The notes: generated from the letters alone by a model not told the origin. A DNA stretch of 43,751 nt from Burkholderiales bacterium (GCA_028869035.1 JAGWTL010000001.1:1-43751); one strand, 5' to 3'; numbered from the stretch's first letter, positions 1 through 9,088 are shown. Numbers and translations: made by a program.

Positions 1-948
1 ATCACATCAAGCATGGGCATCAGTATCTGCCCCCGTGATGGCATGGACGCGAATGAGTTGGTACGCTGCGCGGATGTGGCCATGTACTGGGTCAAAGGAA
101 ATGGACGCAACGGTTACAAGGTCTTTTCCTCAGGTATGGACCAAGGCGCCACGGAGCGGCTTCAACTTGAGCGGGCCTTGCACCGTGGGCTTGAGTCCGG
201 GGAGTTCACCGTTTTTTACCAACCCCAGATCGATCTAAGCTCAGGCGCTGTTATTGGCGTTGAATCCCTGTTGCGTTGGCGCAAGGCAGACGATCAGTTT
301 GTTTCACCCGCCACCTTCATTCCGCTCGCAGAGGACACCGGACTGATCGTACCGATCGGCTCATGGGTATTGAAGAAGGCTTGCAGCGATGTAGTTAGGA
401 TGAGGGAGCACTTGGGGCTGGACCTCAAGGTTTCGGTCAATATCTCGCCGCGACAATTCATGAACGGTGACCTGGTGAGCTTGGCTCAATCCACGTTAAG
501 AGAGACGGGCCTTGATGCGGCTCAACTTGAGCTGGAGATCACAGAAGGCGTCCTCATGGATGACCGTAGTGGTGTAGCGACGACTTTGCGCGAGTTGACT
601 TCAATGGGCGTATCCATCGCCGTAGACGACTTCGGCACGGGTTATTCCAGCCTGAGTTATTTGAAGCGGTTCCCGATCAGCAAGATCAAGATTGATCAAT
701 CGTTTGTGCGCGATATCACGACCGACTCAGGCGATGCAGCCCTGACGGCGGCCATCATCGCGATGGGACACAGTCTCCATATCCCCGTAATTGCCGAGGG
801 CATTGAAACCGTGGAGCAGATGGACTTTCTCGTGGCGAACCGCTGCGACGAAGGTCAAGGCTACTTTTGGGGACGCCCCATGTCTTTCGAGGCATTGATG
901 CATTGGTTTTCCGTTAACTACAGTAAGCGCTCAGTAATGCCTGGCTGA
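1..948 (+). CDS. GGDEF-EAL c-di-GMP signalling protein, 5' end outside the window
   Basis: Frame is open from base 1 (ITSSMGISICPRDG..ADVAMY, end of a GGDEF domain). EAL domain follows with FYQPQ, ESLLR (EAL variant), LEITE, DDFGTGYSSLSYL, KIDQSF, AEGIE. Visibly lower GC than the rest of the window. Confidence 0.9.
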   Translation: MTSSMGISICPRDGMDANELVRCADVAMYWVKGNGRNGYKVFSSGMDQGATERLQLERALHRGLESGEFTVFYQPQIDLSSGAVIGVESLLRWRKADDQFVSPATFIPLAEDTGLIVPIGSWVLKKACSDVVRMREHLGLDLKVSVNISPRQFMNGDLVSLAQSTLRETGLDAAQLELEITEGVLMDDRSGVATTLRELTSMGVSIAVDDFGTGYSSLSYLKRFPISKIKIDQSFVRDITTDSGDAALTAAIIAMGHSLHIPVIAEGIETVEQMDFLVANRCDEGQGYFWGRPMSFEALMHWFSVNYSKRSVMPG

Positions 949-1409
949 CAATCTCATCTCGGCAAGGAGCATTTGCGACGCTCGATGGATGGCTGCACAC
1001 GGTCAGTAATGAACTGAAAGAAGGCCCGCGCTCATCTTCGCAAGCGAGACGACACGGTCTTTCCGCCGTGTCGTGTACTTCCCAAGCTGATTGGGGACCA
1101 TCGGATCTGTCTCGACCCGACCGAAGTGATTGCCTGCTTTCATGGCCCGTCCAGTGTAGTTGAACTCCGTCCATTTTCTGCAGTAAGAAGCTCGGCTACT
1201 CAGGCGGGTTTGCTCCGGTCAGACCGGTTTGTAGCATCCGGGCCCCGCGTCCTTACAGACCCGGGGTCTGCGGGTATCCACTTGCTGGCTATTTCAGCGG
1301 GATCACGCATAATGGGACCCGCTGCTGTAAATCGGTGGTATTAAATTGCGGTGATTCGTCGGTTTTGCGTCTTCTTCAAGTCTTCAGTGCTTTGTTGCTC
1401 GCGGCTATC

Positions 1410-1447
1410 GGACTCCATCGCCTTACCTGAGTCTTTTTGAGGAGTCC
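1410..1447 (+). promoter_or_regulatory. Putative SD-sequestering 5'-UTR hairpin of RRM gene 1
   Basis: GGACTCC (1410-1416) is the exact reverse complement of GGAGTCC (1441-1447), which contains the SD. The same layout occurs before RRM gene 2. Confidence 0.55.
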
Positions 1448-1451
1448 CTTC

Positions 1452-1844
1452 ATGGGCAACAAACTTTACGTGGGCAACCTGCCCTATTCCTTCCGTGACG
1501 AAGACCTGCAGCGCGCCTTTTCCGCGTTCGGCAGCGTCGGCAGCGCCAAGGTCATGATGGAGCGCGACACCGGCCGTTCCAAGGGTTTCGGTTTTGTGGA
1601 AATGGGCAGCGATGCTGAAGCACAAGCCGCAATTGCCGCCCTGCACGGCCAGCAACAAGGCGGCCGCGCCCTGGTGGTCAATGAAGCCCGCCCGATGGAA
1701 GCCCGCCCGCCCCGTAGCGGTGGTGGTGGTTACGGCGGTGGCGGTGGCGGCTACGGTGGTGGTGGCGGCGGTGGTGGTTACGGCGGCGGCCGTCGCGAAG
1801 GCGGTGGTGGTGGTGGTTACGGCGGTGGCCGTAGCAGCTACTGA
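1452..1844 (+). CDS. RRM (RNP-1) RNA-binding protein with Gly-rich tail, copy 1
   Basis: RNP2 LYVGNL and RNP1 KGFGFVEM motifs, GGYGGG-repeat C-terminus. SD GAGGAG precedes ATG 1452, so the start is moved from 1437. Confidence 0.95.
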   Translation: MGNKLYVGNLPYSFRDEDLQRAFSAFGSVGSAKVMMERDTGRSKGFGFVEMGSDAEAQAAIAALHGQQQGGRALVVNEARPMEARPPRSGGGGYGGGGGGYGGGGGGGGYGGGRREGGGGGGYGGGRSSY

Positions 1845-1862
1845 TCCCGTTCTACGCTGACC

Positions 1863-1887
1863 AAAAAGGGCCTTCGGGCCCTTTTTT
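1863..1887 (+). terminator. Rho-independent terminator
   Basis: AAAAAGGGCC-TTCG-GGCCCTTTTTT: perfect stem, UUCG loop, U-tract. Confidence 0.92.
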
Positions 1888-2027
1888 CATGGTTTTTCCT
1901 AGGCCGGAGCACCTTGTCTGAACAGGATTTCTGTGTCAATAATTAAAAAGTGGCGGCTGGGAGGCCTGTCACAGGATTGCGATGATCTGCCGAATTCGCA
2001 TCGTCGACACGAATGGATTGCGTTTCT

Positions 2028-2065
2028 GGGACCCCATCGCTTGTTTTAGGCTTTTCAGGAGTCCC
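2028..2065 (+). promoter_or_regulatory. Putative SD-sequestering 5'-UTR hairpin of RRM gene 2
   Basis: GGGACCCC (2028-2035) pairs with GGAGTCCC (2058-2065) with one mismatch. Shares CCATCGC with the copy-1 leader. Confidence 0.5.
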
Positions 2066-2068
2066 TGC

Positions 2069-2479
2069 ATGGGCAATAAACTTTACGTCGGCAATCTGGC
2101 CTATTCCGTCCGTGACAGCGACCTGGAACAGGCCTTCAGCCAGTTCGGCAGCGTCAGCAGCGCCAAGGTCATGATGGAGCGCGACACCGGCCGTTCCAAG
2201 GGTTTCGGTTTCGTCGAAATGGGCAGTGATGCGGAAGCCCAGGCCGCCATCAACGGCATGAACGGCCAGCCGCTGAGCGGGCGCAGCATCGTCGTCAACG
2301 AAGCCCGGCCCATGGAGCCTCGCGCCCCCCGCAGCGGGGGTTACGGCGGGGGGGGTGGGGGTTACGGCGGCGGCCGCCGTGAAGGCGGTGACGCAGGCGG
2401 CGGGGGCGAGGGCGGTTTCCGCAGCCCCTATGGCAATCCGCGCGGCGGCAGTGGGGGCGGCGGTCGCCGTGGTTACTGA
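2069..2479 (+). CDS. RRM (RNP-1) RNA-binding protein with Gly-rich tail, copy 2
   Basis: MGNKLYVGNL..KGFGFVEM..VNEARP, Gly/Arg-rich tail. SD AGGAG precedes ATG 2069. Confidence 0.95.
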   Translation: MGNKLYVGNLAYSVRDSDLEQAFSQFGSVSSAKVMMERDTGRSKGFGFVEMGSDAEAQAAINGMNGQPLSGRSIVVNEARPMEPRAPRSGGYGGGGGGYGGGRREGGDAGGGGEGGFRSPYGNPRGGSGGGGRRGY

Positions 2480-2498
2480 TCTCCAGACCGCATCAAGC

Positions 2499-2528
2499 AA
2501 AGGCCCCACCATCGGGGTCTTTTTCTTT
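2499..2528 (+). terminator. Rho-independent terminator between the convergent RRM2 and SDR genes
   Basis: AAAGGCCCC-ACCATC-GGGGTCTTTTTCTTT. Confidence 0.8.
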
Positions 2529-2532
2529 GACT

Positions 2533-3309
2533 TCAGCGGGACGGCGCGCGATGCTTGCGCGGTCGCCCGGCCAGCAGGCGGTCAAACAAGGCATTGGGCA
2601 AAAGGCGCAGCAGCTTGGCGGCCACTCCCATTTGCCAGGGTATGACACGGTAGCTGACACCGGCCTCGATCGCCCGCAGGGCGCGCTCGGCAAACGCGGG
2701 GGGCGACGTGAGAAAGGGCATGGCGTAGCGGTTCTGCCGCGTCAACGGGGTATCGATATACCCCGGGCAAAGCGTGACCACACGCACGCCGCTGCCGCGC
2801 AGTTCGCCGCGCAGGCTCTCGCAATAGCTGATGACGCCGGCCTTGCTGGCGCAATAAGCACCGTGGCCGGGCAGGCCGCGGATACCGGCCACGCTGGCGA
2901 TGCCCACCAGGCGACCCGAGCCGCGCTGGCGCATGGGCACGATGAAGGGGTGGAACGTGGCGGCCAGCCCGGTGTTGTTGACGGCAAAGGTCTGGGCCAT
3001 GACCGCCAGATCCTCGCGCTCGGTGGTGTCCATGCCGATGCTGATGCCGGCATTGGCCACCACCACATCGGGCAGACCCTGCTGCGTCAGGCAGGCCTGC
3101 CCTGTGGCCACGATGCTCTGGACCTCTGCCACGTCGGCGGCATAAAGTCGGTAACGCGCACCCTCAAGCTGATGGGCATCGGCCCACTGCTGCATCTCCT
3201 GTACGCGGCGCGCCACGAGGGCCAGGTCGTAGCCGGCCTGGTAACAGCGCCAGGCCAGGGCCTGGCCAATGCCGCTGGAGGCGCCCGTGATGAAGACCAG
3301 CTTGCGCAT
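2533..3309 (-). CDS. Short-chain dehydrogenase/reductase (SDR)
   Basis: MRKLVFITGASSGIG (TGxxxGxG), NAG, catalytic YCASK. Start placed at ATG 3309 inside the longer 489-aa ORF. Confidence 0.92.
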   Translation of the reverse strand: MRKLVFITGASSGIGQALAWRCYQAGYDLALVARRVQEMQQWADAHQLEGARYRLYAADVAEVQSIVATGQACLTQQGLPDVVVANAGISIGMDTTEREDLAVMAQTFAVNNTGLAATFHPFIVPMRQRGSGRLVGIASVAGIRGLPGHGAYCASKAGVISYCESLRGELRGSGVRVVTLCPGYIDTPLTRQNRYAMPFLTSPPAFAERALRAIEAGVSYRVIPWQMGVAAKLLRLLPNALFDRLLAGRPRKHRAPSR

Positions 3310-3326
3310 CGAAGTTTTGGCGCGGC

Positions 3327-3944
3327 TCAGCGGTCCTGCGGCGCCTGCAGCGTGCCGCGCACCCGGCCCCGCAGTTCCACCACCTGGTCGAAATTGCTGT
3401 AGTCCATGCTCTCGGCGGTGATGTGATCGTTGCCTCGCGTCAAGGCCACCGGCTTGTGCGACTTGATGCGCTCCTCGTCCAGAAAGGCATGCAGGAATTC
3501 GCCGTTGAAGCTCACACGCGGCAAGATGGCGCCCGAGCGGTCCACCGTGGCCTCGCGCACCACCTGCGCATCGCCCATGAGCTGCACTTCGCTGGCGTCG
3601 TTGTTGGCCAGCGCGCGTTTGGCAGTCGCCACGATCAGGTGGCCAAGGCTGTTGAAGCTGCGGATACGCACCTGGTCGATTTCCAACAGATCGGTATGCG
3701 GATAATGCCGCGCCTGCTCGCCATAGACCTCGCTCTTGAGGCGCCCCCTGCTGTCGAAGGTTTTGATCGAGAAGCGCTCCATCAGGTAATCCGGATCCTT
3801 GCGCTGGGGTTGCTCCGTGGCACCTGGCGCCAGCAGCGGCGTGCTGCGCACGAGCCAGTAGGTGCCCAGCGCCAGCAGGCCCATGAGCATGAGCGGCAGG
3901 TAGATCGACAGCCTGTCCCAGGCCAGGCGCACGATGCGGATCAC
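3327..3944 (-). CDS. lptC: LPS export periplasmic protein LptC
   Basis: Single N-terminal TM helix, PDY motif, beta-strand-rich body, directly after kdsD-kdsC with a GTGA overlap. Confidence 0.88.
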   Translation of the reverse strand: MIRIVRLAWDRLSIYLPLMLMGLLALGTYWLVRSTPLLAPGATEQPQRKDPDYLMERFSIKTFDSRGRLKSEVYGEQARHYPHTDLLEIDQVRIRSFNSLGHLIVATAKRALANNDASEVQLMGDAQVVREATVDRSGAILPRVSFNGEFLHAFLDEERIKSHKPVALTRGNDHITAESMDYSNFDQVVELRGRVRGTLQAPQDR

Positions 3945-4495
3945 GGCATGAACTCCTGCAACAAACCCGCATAACGACCGCAGGCCACCAACAGCAGATC
4001 ACTGAACTCGCGCGCGGCGCCGCTGCCGCCCGCCGTTTTTGTCACATGATGGGCCCGCGCCAGCACCTCGACATGCGCGTTGGGCGGTGCGCAGGCAAAG
4101 GCACAACGCTGCATCACCGGCAGGTCCGGCCAGTCGTCGCCGATGGCCGCCGCCTGCGCCCAGTCCAGCCCCAGGGCCTGGAGGGTCAGCTCGGCGGCCG
4201 GTCGTTTGTCCTCGGTGCCGTAATGCACATGCTGGATGCCCAGCGCCTGGAGGCGCACGCGCAGCGCCGGGCTGTCGCGGCCGGTGATCACGGCCGGCGT
4301 GATGCCGGCGCGCTGCAGCAGCTTGAGCCCATGACCGTCCAGGGTATTGAAGCGCTTGAGGCCTTCTCCGCTCTCCCCGATGTACAGGCCGCCGTCGGTG
4401 AGCACGCCATCGACGTCGAAAAAGGCCACGCGCACGCCCTGTGCCCGCAACAGCAGCTCGGGAGCAAAGCTCAGCACCGGATGGCGGACGTTCAT
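3941..4495 (-). CDS. kdsC: KDO 8-phosphate phosphatase
   Basis: HAD motifs FDVDGVLTDG, ITGR, GDDWPD. ATG 4495 overlaps the kdsD stop (ATGA). Confidence 0.93.
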   Translation of the reverse strand: MNVRHPVLSFAPELLLRAQGVRVAFFDVDGVLTDGGLYIGESGEGLKRFNTLDGHGLKLLQRAGITPAVITGRDSPALRVRLQALGIQHVHYGTEDKRPAAELTLQALGLDWAQAAAIGDDWPDLPVMQRCAFACAPPNAHVEVLARAHHVTKTAGGSGAAREFSDLLLVACGRYAGLLQEFMP

Positions 4496-5493
4496 ATGAC
4501 CTTGGCGCGCATCAGGTCGTTGCTGTTGAGCGCCCCGCACAGGCGGCCCCCCCCATCCACCACCAGCACGCTGGTGATACGACGCTGTTCCATCATCTCG
4601 GCCGCCTCCACCGCCAGCGCGTCGTGCTGGATCGTCACCGGATTGGGGTGCATGAACTGCTGCGCGCTGCCTTCGCGCACATCCACGCCTTTTTCCAGCA
4701 GGCGCCGCAGGTCGCCGTCGGTGAAGATGCCCAGCACGCGGTCTGCGCCATCGACGATGGCCGTGGCCCCCAGGCCCTTGGCGCTCATCTCGCGCATGAT
4801 GACGCTGAAGCCTGCATCGGCACTGACCTTGGGCACGGCCTCGCCCTGGCGCATCACATCGCTCACATGCGTGAGCAGCTTGCGCCCGAGCGAACCACCG
4901 GGATGAGAACGGGCAAAGTCCTCGGCCTTGAAACCGCGGGCATCGAGCAGCGCCACGGCCAGGGCGTCGCCCAGGGCCAGCTGGGCCGTGGTGCTGGCGG
5001 TCGGCGCCAGATTCAGGGGACAGGCCTCTTTCTCGACGCCGGTGTCGAGCACCAGATCGGCGTGGCGGCCCAGGGTGGACTGCGGGTTGCCGGTCATGGC
5101 GATCAGGGGCACGCCCTGGCGCTTGAGCACCGGCAGGATGGCGGTCAGCTCCTCGGATTCGCCGCTGTTGGAGATGCCCAGCAGCAGGTCGGCGGCCGTG
5201 ATCATGCCCAGGTCGCCATGGCTGGCTTCGGCCGGATGCACGAACATGGCCGGTGTGCCCGTGGAGGCCAGGGTAGCGGCCATCTTGCGGCCGATGTGGC
5301 CGCTCTTGCCCATGCCCATCACCACCACACGTCCGGGCACCCTGAGCACCAGGGCCACGGCTTGCGCGAAAGGCTCGCCGACACGCTGGCGCAAGCCGAG
5401 CACGGCTGCGGCTTCGATCTCGAGGGTTTCGTGGGCGAGCCGGATGGCCCGGTTCGCATCCAGCGGCGGATGCGCCTGCTTGCTTTCGCTCAT
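4492..5493 (-). CDS. kdsD: Arabinose 5-phosphate isomerase (KpsF/GutQ family, SIS + 2 CBS)
   Basis: GMGKSGHIGRK, EASHGDLG, HPGGSLG, GIFTDGDLRR. Confidence 0.95.
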   Translation of the reverse strand: MSESKQAHPPLDANRAIRLAHETLEIEAAAVLGLRQRVGEPFAQAVALVLRVPGRVVVMGMGKSGHIGRKMAATLASTGTPAMFVHPAEASHGDLGMITAADLLLGISNSGESEELTAILPVLKRQGVPLIAMTGNPQSTLGRHADLVLDTGVEKEACPLNLAPTASTTAQLALGDALAVALLDARGFKAEDFARSHPGGSLGRKLLTHVSDVMRQGEAVPKVSADAGFSVIMREMSAKGLGATAIVDGADRVLGIFTDGDLRRLLEKGVDVREGSAQQFMHPNPVTIQHDALAVEAAEMMEQRRITSVLVVDGGGRLCGALNSNDLMRAKVI

Positions 5494-5499
5494 GGACGG

Positions 5500-5531
5500 A
5501 TTCTATCGGGGGTGTGCTGTCTTGCTAGTAT
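5500..5531. promoter_or_regulatory. Back-to-back -10 elements for kdsD and the Kef antiporter
   Basis: TAGAAT on the minus strand (5500-5505) is 6 nt from the kdsD ATG. Extended -10 TG-C-TAGTAT (5523-5531) is 7 nt from the kef ATG. Confidence 0.5.
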
Positions 5532-5538
5532 CCTGGGT

Positions 5539-7524
5539 ATGAGCGGCCTTGAACTGACCTTGATCTACCTGCTGGCGGCCGTGCTGGGTGTGGTCGTTTT
5601 CCGCAACCTCAAACTTCCGCCCATGCTCGGCTACCTGGCCGTGGGCGTGCTGATCGGGCCCAATGCGCTGGCGCTGGCACAGAACTCCGAGGGTATTGCC
5701 CACCTGGCCGAGTTTGGCGTGGTGTTCCTGATGTTCGCCATCGGCCTGGAGTTCAACCTGCCGCGCCTGCGCGCCATGCGTCGCCATGTCTTCGGCCTGG
5801 GTCTGCTGCAAGTGCTGTTCACCATGCTGCTGACCATGGCCGGCGCCTATGGGCTGACCCTGCTCCTGCCCGACCAGTGGTCCATCAGCTGGCAGGCTGC
5901 GCTGGCGCTTTCGGGGGTCATGGCCATGAGCAGCACGGCCATCGTGGTCAAGCTCATGGCCGACCGGCTGGAGCTGGAGTCCGAGCACGGCAAACGCGTC
6001 ATGGGCATCCTGTTGTTCCAGGACCTGGCCGTGGTGCCGCTGCTGGTGCTGATCCCGGCGCTGGGCAGCCCGGCCAACGAACTGCTGGGCTCGCTCGGCC
6101 TGGCCCTGTTCAAGGCGGTGGTGCTGTTGGCGCTGCTGCTGCTGGGTGGCCAGCGCCTGATGCGCAGCTGGCTGACCCAGGTGGCGCGCCACAAGAGCAA
6201 CGAGCTCTTCATGCTCAACCTGCTGCTGATCACCCTGGGCCTGGCCTGGCTGACCGAGCTGGCCGGCCTGAGTCTGGCCCTGGGCGCTTTCGTCGCCGGC
6301 ATGCTGATTGCCGAGACCGAATTCAAACACCAGGTGGAGACCGACATCCGGCCCTTCCATGACGTGCTGCTGGGCCTGTTCTTCATCACGATCGGCATGA
6401 TGCTGGACTGGAGCATCGTCTGGCAGCGCTGGCCCCTGGTGCTGATGCTCATGGCCTCTTCATTGCTGCTCAAGCTGGTGCTGATCACCGCGCTCACACG
6501 GCTTCTCGGCGCCACCATGGGTGTGGCGCTGCGCACCGGCCTGTACCTGACGCAAGCCGGCGAGTTCGGCTTTGTGCTGTTGTCGCTGACGCATGAGCGG
6601 GGCCTGATCGAAGCTGTCACGCTCAACCCCATCCTGGCCTCGATGGTGCTGTCCATGCTGGCCACGCCCTTCATCATCATGTACAGCAACCGCATCGTGC
6701 TGCGACTGGTGGCGAGCGAATGGCTGCAGCAGTCGCTGCAGATGACCAGCATCGCACGCCAGGCCATCGGCACCAGCGGCCACGTCATCATCTGCGGCTA
6801 CGGACGCTGCGGCCAGAACCTGGCGCGCATGCTGGAGGGGGAAAAGATTCCCTATATGGCGCTGGACCTGGACCCCGACCGGGTGCGACAGGCCACAGCG
6901 GCCGGCAATGCCGTCGCCTACGGCGACGCGGCCCGCCTGCAAGCCCTGATGGCAGCCGGCCTGGGCCGCGCCAGCGCGGTGGTGATCACCTATTTGGATG
7001 TGCCCGGCGCGCTCAAGGTGCTGGCCAATGTACGAGCTCACGCCCCGAGCGTGCCCGTAATCGTGCGAACTCAGGATGACTACGCCCTGGACCGCCTGCG
7101 CGCCGCCGGCGCCACCGAGGTGGTGCCCGAATCGATCGAAGGGTCGCTGATGCTGGCCAGCCACGCCCTGGCGCTGGTCGGTGTGCCCATGCGGCGCGTG
7201 ATCCGGCTGGTGCAGGACCAGCGCGATGCCCGCTACAACCTCTTGCGCGGCTATTTCCACGGTGCCGACGACAGCGCCGATGACGACGGGGCGCAGGAGC
7301 GCCTGCACAGCCTGACCTTGCCGGCGGGCGCCCGCGCCCTGGGCCAAACCCTGGGCGCGCTCTTGCCGCGGCTGACCGACACCCGCATACTCAGCCTGCG
7401 CCGGCGCAACGGCAAAAGCCTCTCTCCCGATGCCGGACTGACACTGGAAGATGGAGACACCCTCGTGCTCAGCGGGCCGGCCGAGGCACTGGCACTGGCC
7501 GAGGAACAATTGCTGCGGGGCTGA
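5539..7524 (+). CDS. CPA2 / Kef-type K+:H+ antiporter with TrkA-N and TrkA-C (RCK) domains
   Basis: Many TM helices, [39 protein letters not shown]. Start at MSGLELTL. Confidence 0.92.
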   Translation: MSGLELTLIYLLAAVLGVVVFRNLKLPPMLGYLAVGVLIGPNALALAQNSEGIAHLAEFGVVFLMFAIGLEFNLPRLRAMRRHVFGLGLLQVLFTMLLTMAGAYGLTLLLPDQWSISWQAALALSGVMAMSSTAIVVKLMADRLELESEHGKRVMGILLFQDLAVVPLLVLIPALGSPANELLGSLGLALFKAVVLLALLLLGGQRLMRSWLTQVARHKSNELFMLNLLLITLGLAWLTELAGLSLALGAFVAGMLIAETEFKHQVETDIRPFHDVLLGLFFITIGMMLDWSIVWQRWPLVLMLMASSLLLKLVLITALTRLLGATMGVALRTGLYLTQAGEFGFVLLSLTHERGLIEAVTLNPILASMVLSMLATPFIIMYSNRIVLRLVASEWLQQSLQMTSIARQAIGTSGHVIICGYGRCGQNLARMLEGEKIPYMALDLDPDRVRQATAAGNAVAYGDAARLQALMAAGLGRASAVVITYLDVPGALKVLANVRAHAPSVPVIVRTQDDYALDRLRAAGATEVVPESIEGSLMLASHALALVGVPMRRVIRLVQDQRDARYNLLRGYFHGADDSADDDGAQERLHSLTLPAGARALGQTLGALLPRLTDTRILSLRRRNGKSLSPDAGLTLEDGDTLVLSGPAEALALAEEQLLRG

Positions 7525-7562
7525 GCCGACGCGCCCACACCACGACGCCCATCAGGATCATC

Positions 7563-8117
7563 ATGCAGGACTGGAACATCAACGACTACCTCCGCAGCCA
7601 TATCCGCACCGTGCCCGACTGGCCCTCGCCGGGTGTGCAGTTCCGCGACATCACGCCCTTGCTGCAGAACCCCAAGGTCTTTCGTATCCTGATCGACGCT
7701 TTTGTCCATCGCTACATGGACCCGTCCCTGCGCCCGGATGTGGTGGCCGGGCTGGATGCACGTGGTTTCATCCTGGGCTCGGTGATCGCCTATGAGCTGG
7801 CCGTGGGTTTCGTGCCCATCCGCAAGAAAGGCAAACTGCCCTTCACCACGGTGGAGGAAACCTATGAGCTCGAATACGGCAGCGCCACGGTGGAACTGCA
7901 CACCGATGCCGTCAAGCCGGGTGACCGCGTCCTGCTGGTCGACGACCTGATCGCCACCGGCGGCACCATGATGGCGGGCAAGAAACTGCTGGAGAAACTG
8001 GGTGCCCAGGTGATGGAGGGGGCCGCCATCGTCGACCTGCCCGAACTCAAGGGCTCGGCCCGCCTGCGCGAGGCCGGTCTGCCCTTGTTCACACTGCTCG
8101 ATTTCGCCGGACATTGA
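7563..8117 (+). CDS. apt: Adenine phosphoribosyltransferase
   Basis: [31 protein letters not shown] motif [13 protein letters not shown]. Confidence 0.96.
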   Translation: MQDWNINDYLRSHIRTVPDWPSPGVQFRDITPLLQNPKVFRILIDAFVHRYMDPSLRPDVVAGLDARGFILGSVIAYELAVGFVPIRKKGKLPFTTVEETYELEYGSATVELHTDAVKPGDRVLLVDDLIATGGTMMAGKKLLEKLGAQVMEGAAIVDLPELKGSARLREAGLPLFTLLDFAGH

Positions 8118-8144
8118 GGCGCGCTGCGGCACCCGTGCCAGGCT

Positions 8145-8867
8145 TCAGATCAGGTCGCCGTACTGGGTCCGACTCAGTGGCAGACGCTCGACCTCATCCT
8201 CCATACGGGTTTCCTCGAATTCGGTCGGGGGAAACTCGGTCGGCGCAAAGTCTGCGGGCAAAGGCTTGCCCGGAGCGCCCTGCCGTTCCTTGTTGCCCGA
8301 AGCCAGTGCCTGCTTGAAGGCATTGACTTCGTCAGGACGGATGGGCTCGAAGCGACGCTTGCTCTGGCCGGGCACGGCTGGGGCCGGCGGCGCTTCGGGA
8401 AACATGTCGTTGACGATCGGCGCAGAGAGCGCCACGCCCAGCTCGCTTTCGGTGCGCGGCTTGCGCAGCACCGACGTCGAGGTCTTGGTCAGTTCATTGA
8501 TACGCCAGTACACTGCGGTCACGTCGATCCTGTGACGCATGCGGGCGTTCTGGGTAATGATCTCTTCGATCTCTGCCAGCTGGCCGATATGTTCGGCCAT
8601 TTCCCTGGGCAGATCCATCATGATCAGGTACTGGCTGCCACGCGAGTCGAGCGAGAGCACCTTGTACTTGTAGCTCGACGAGAGCATGCCCACACGTGCC
8701 ATGGACTCACGAACCACGGCATACAGCAGTTCACGACGCTCCAGCCGGAGGGTCTTGCGATCCATGGCCTGTTCTTCATCCGGCGGCAGATGGGTCGGGC
8801 CGGCACCCTGCGCGGGGCCAGCCTTGACCATCGATTTTTTGGAGAAGAGGTTGTCCAGTCGTCCCAT
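8145..8867 (-). CDS. Hypothetical protein (small folded core plus Pro/Glu-rich tail)
   Basis: 240-aa ORF fills the apt-mnmE gap with protein-like composition (RRELLYAVVRESM..YKYKVLSLDSRG..AVYWR). No recognisable catalytic motif. Confidence 0.75.
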   Translation of the reverse strand: MGRLDNLFSKKSMVKAGPAQGAGPTHLPPDEEQAMDRKTLRLERRELLYAVVRESMARVGMLSSSYKYKVLSLDSRGSQYLIMMDLPREMAEHIGQLAEIEEIITQNARMRHRIDVTAVYWRINELTKTSTSVLRKPRTESELGVALSAPIVNDMFPEAPPAPAVPGQSKRRFEPIRPDEVNAFKQALASGNKERQGAPGKPLPADFAPTEFPPTEFEETRMEDEVERLPLSRTQYGDLI

Positions 8868-9088
8868 TTTTCATTCCGATGGCGCTGCTTGCAGAACACA
8901 GGGCAGACAGGTTTGTCTGTCCCTCGCATTTTCTTCCTAAATGCGGGAGCGTGCCTACCTGCTGACATGCCCGGCGTAAGAAATTGTTTCCGGTTCAGAC
9001 CTCGCGCATCCGGCCTGTCAGTCCACACAGTACGCCGACTTCTAGGCACAGGCAACAGACCTCCTGCAAACCCACAACCCCGCGGGTC

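Noticed and set aside
1105-1135. TCGACCCGACCGAAGTG as an integron attC fragment
   Set aside because: No complementary RYYYAAC/GTTRRRY ends, no cassette array and no integrase.
914-1344. Short ORFs 914-1174 (-) and 1126-1344 (+)
   Set aside because: No SD, atypical composition and no recognisable domain.
1715-1835. GGT/GGC tandem repeats as a VNTR or CRISPR-like array
   Set aside because: They are glycine codons of the RRM tail. There is no repeat-spacer structure and no cas gene in the window.
2533-4002. 489-aa ORF as an extended SDR
   Set aside because: Its N-terminal half is an alternative frame of lptC. The SDR Rossmann motif starts at 3309.
4441-7524. 1027-aa ORF suggesting a large N-terminal fusion on the Kef antiporter
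   Set aside because: The first 366 codons are the antisense shadow of kdsD/kdsC. The real protein starts at ATG 5539.
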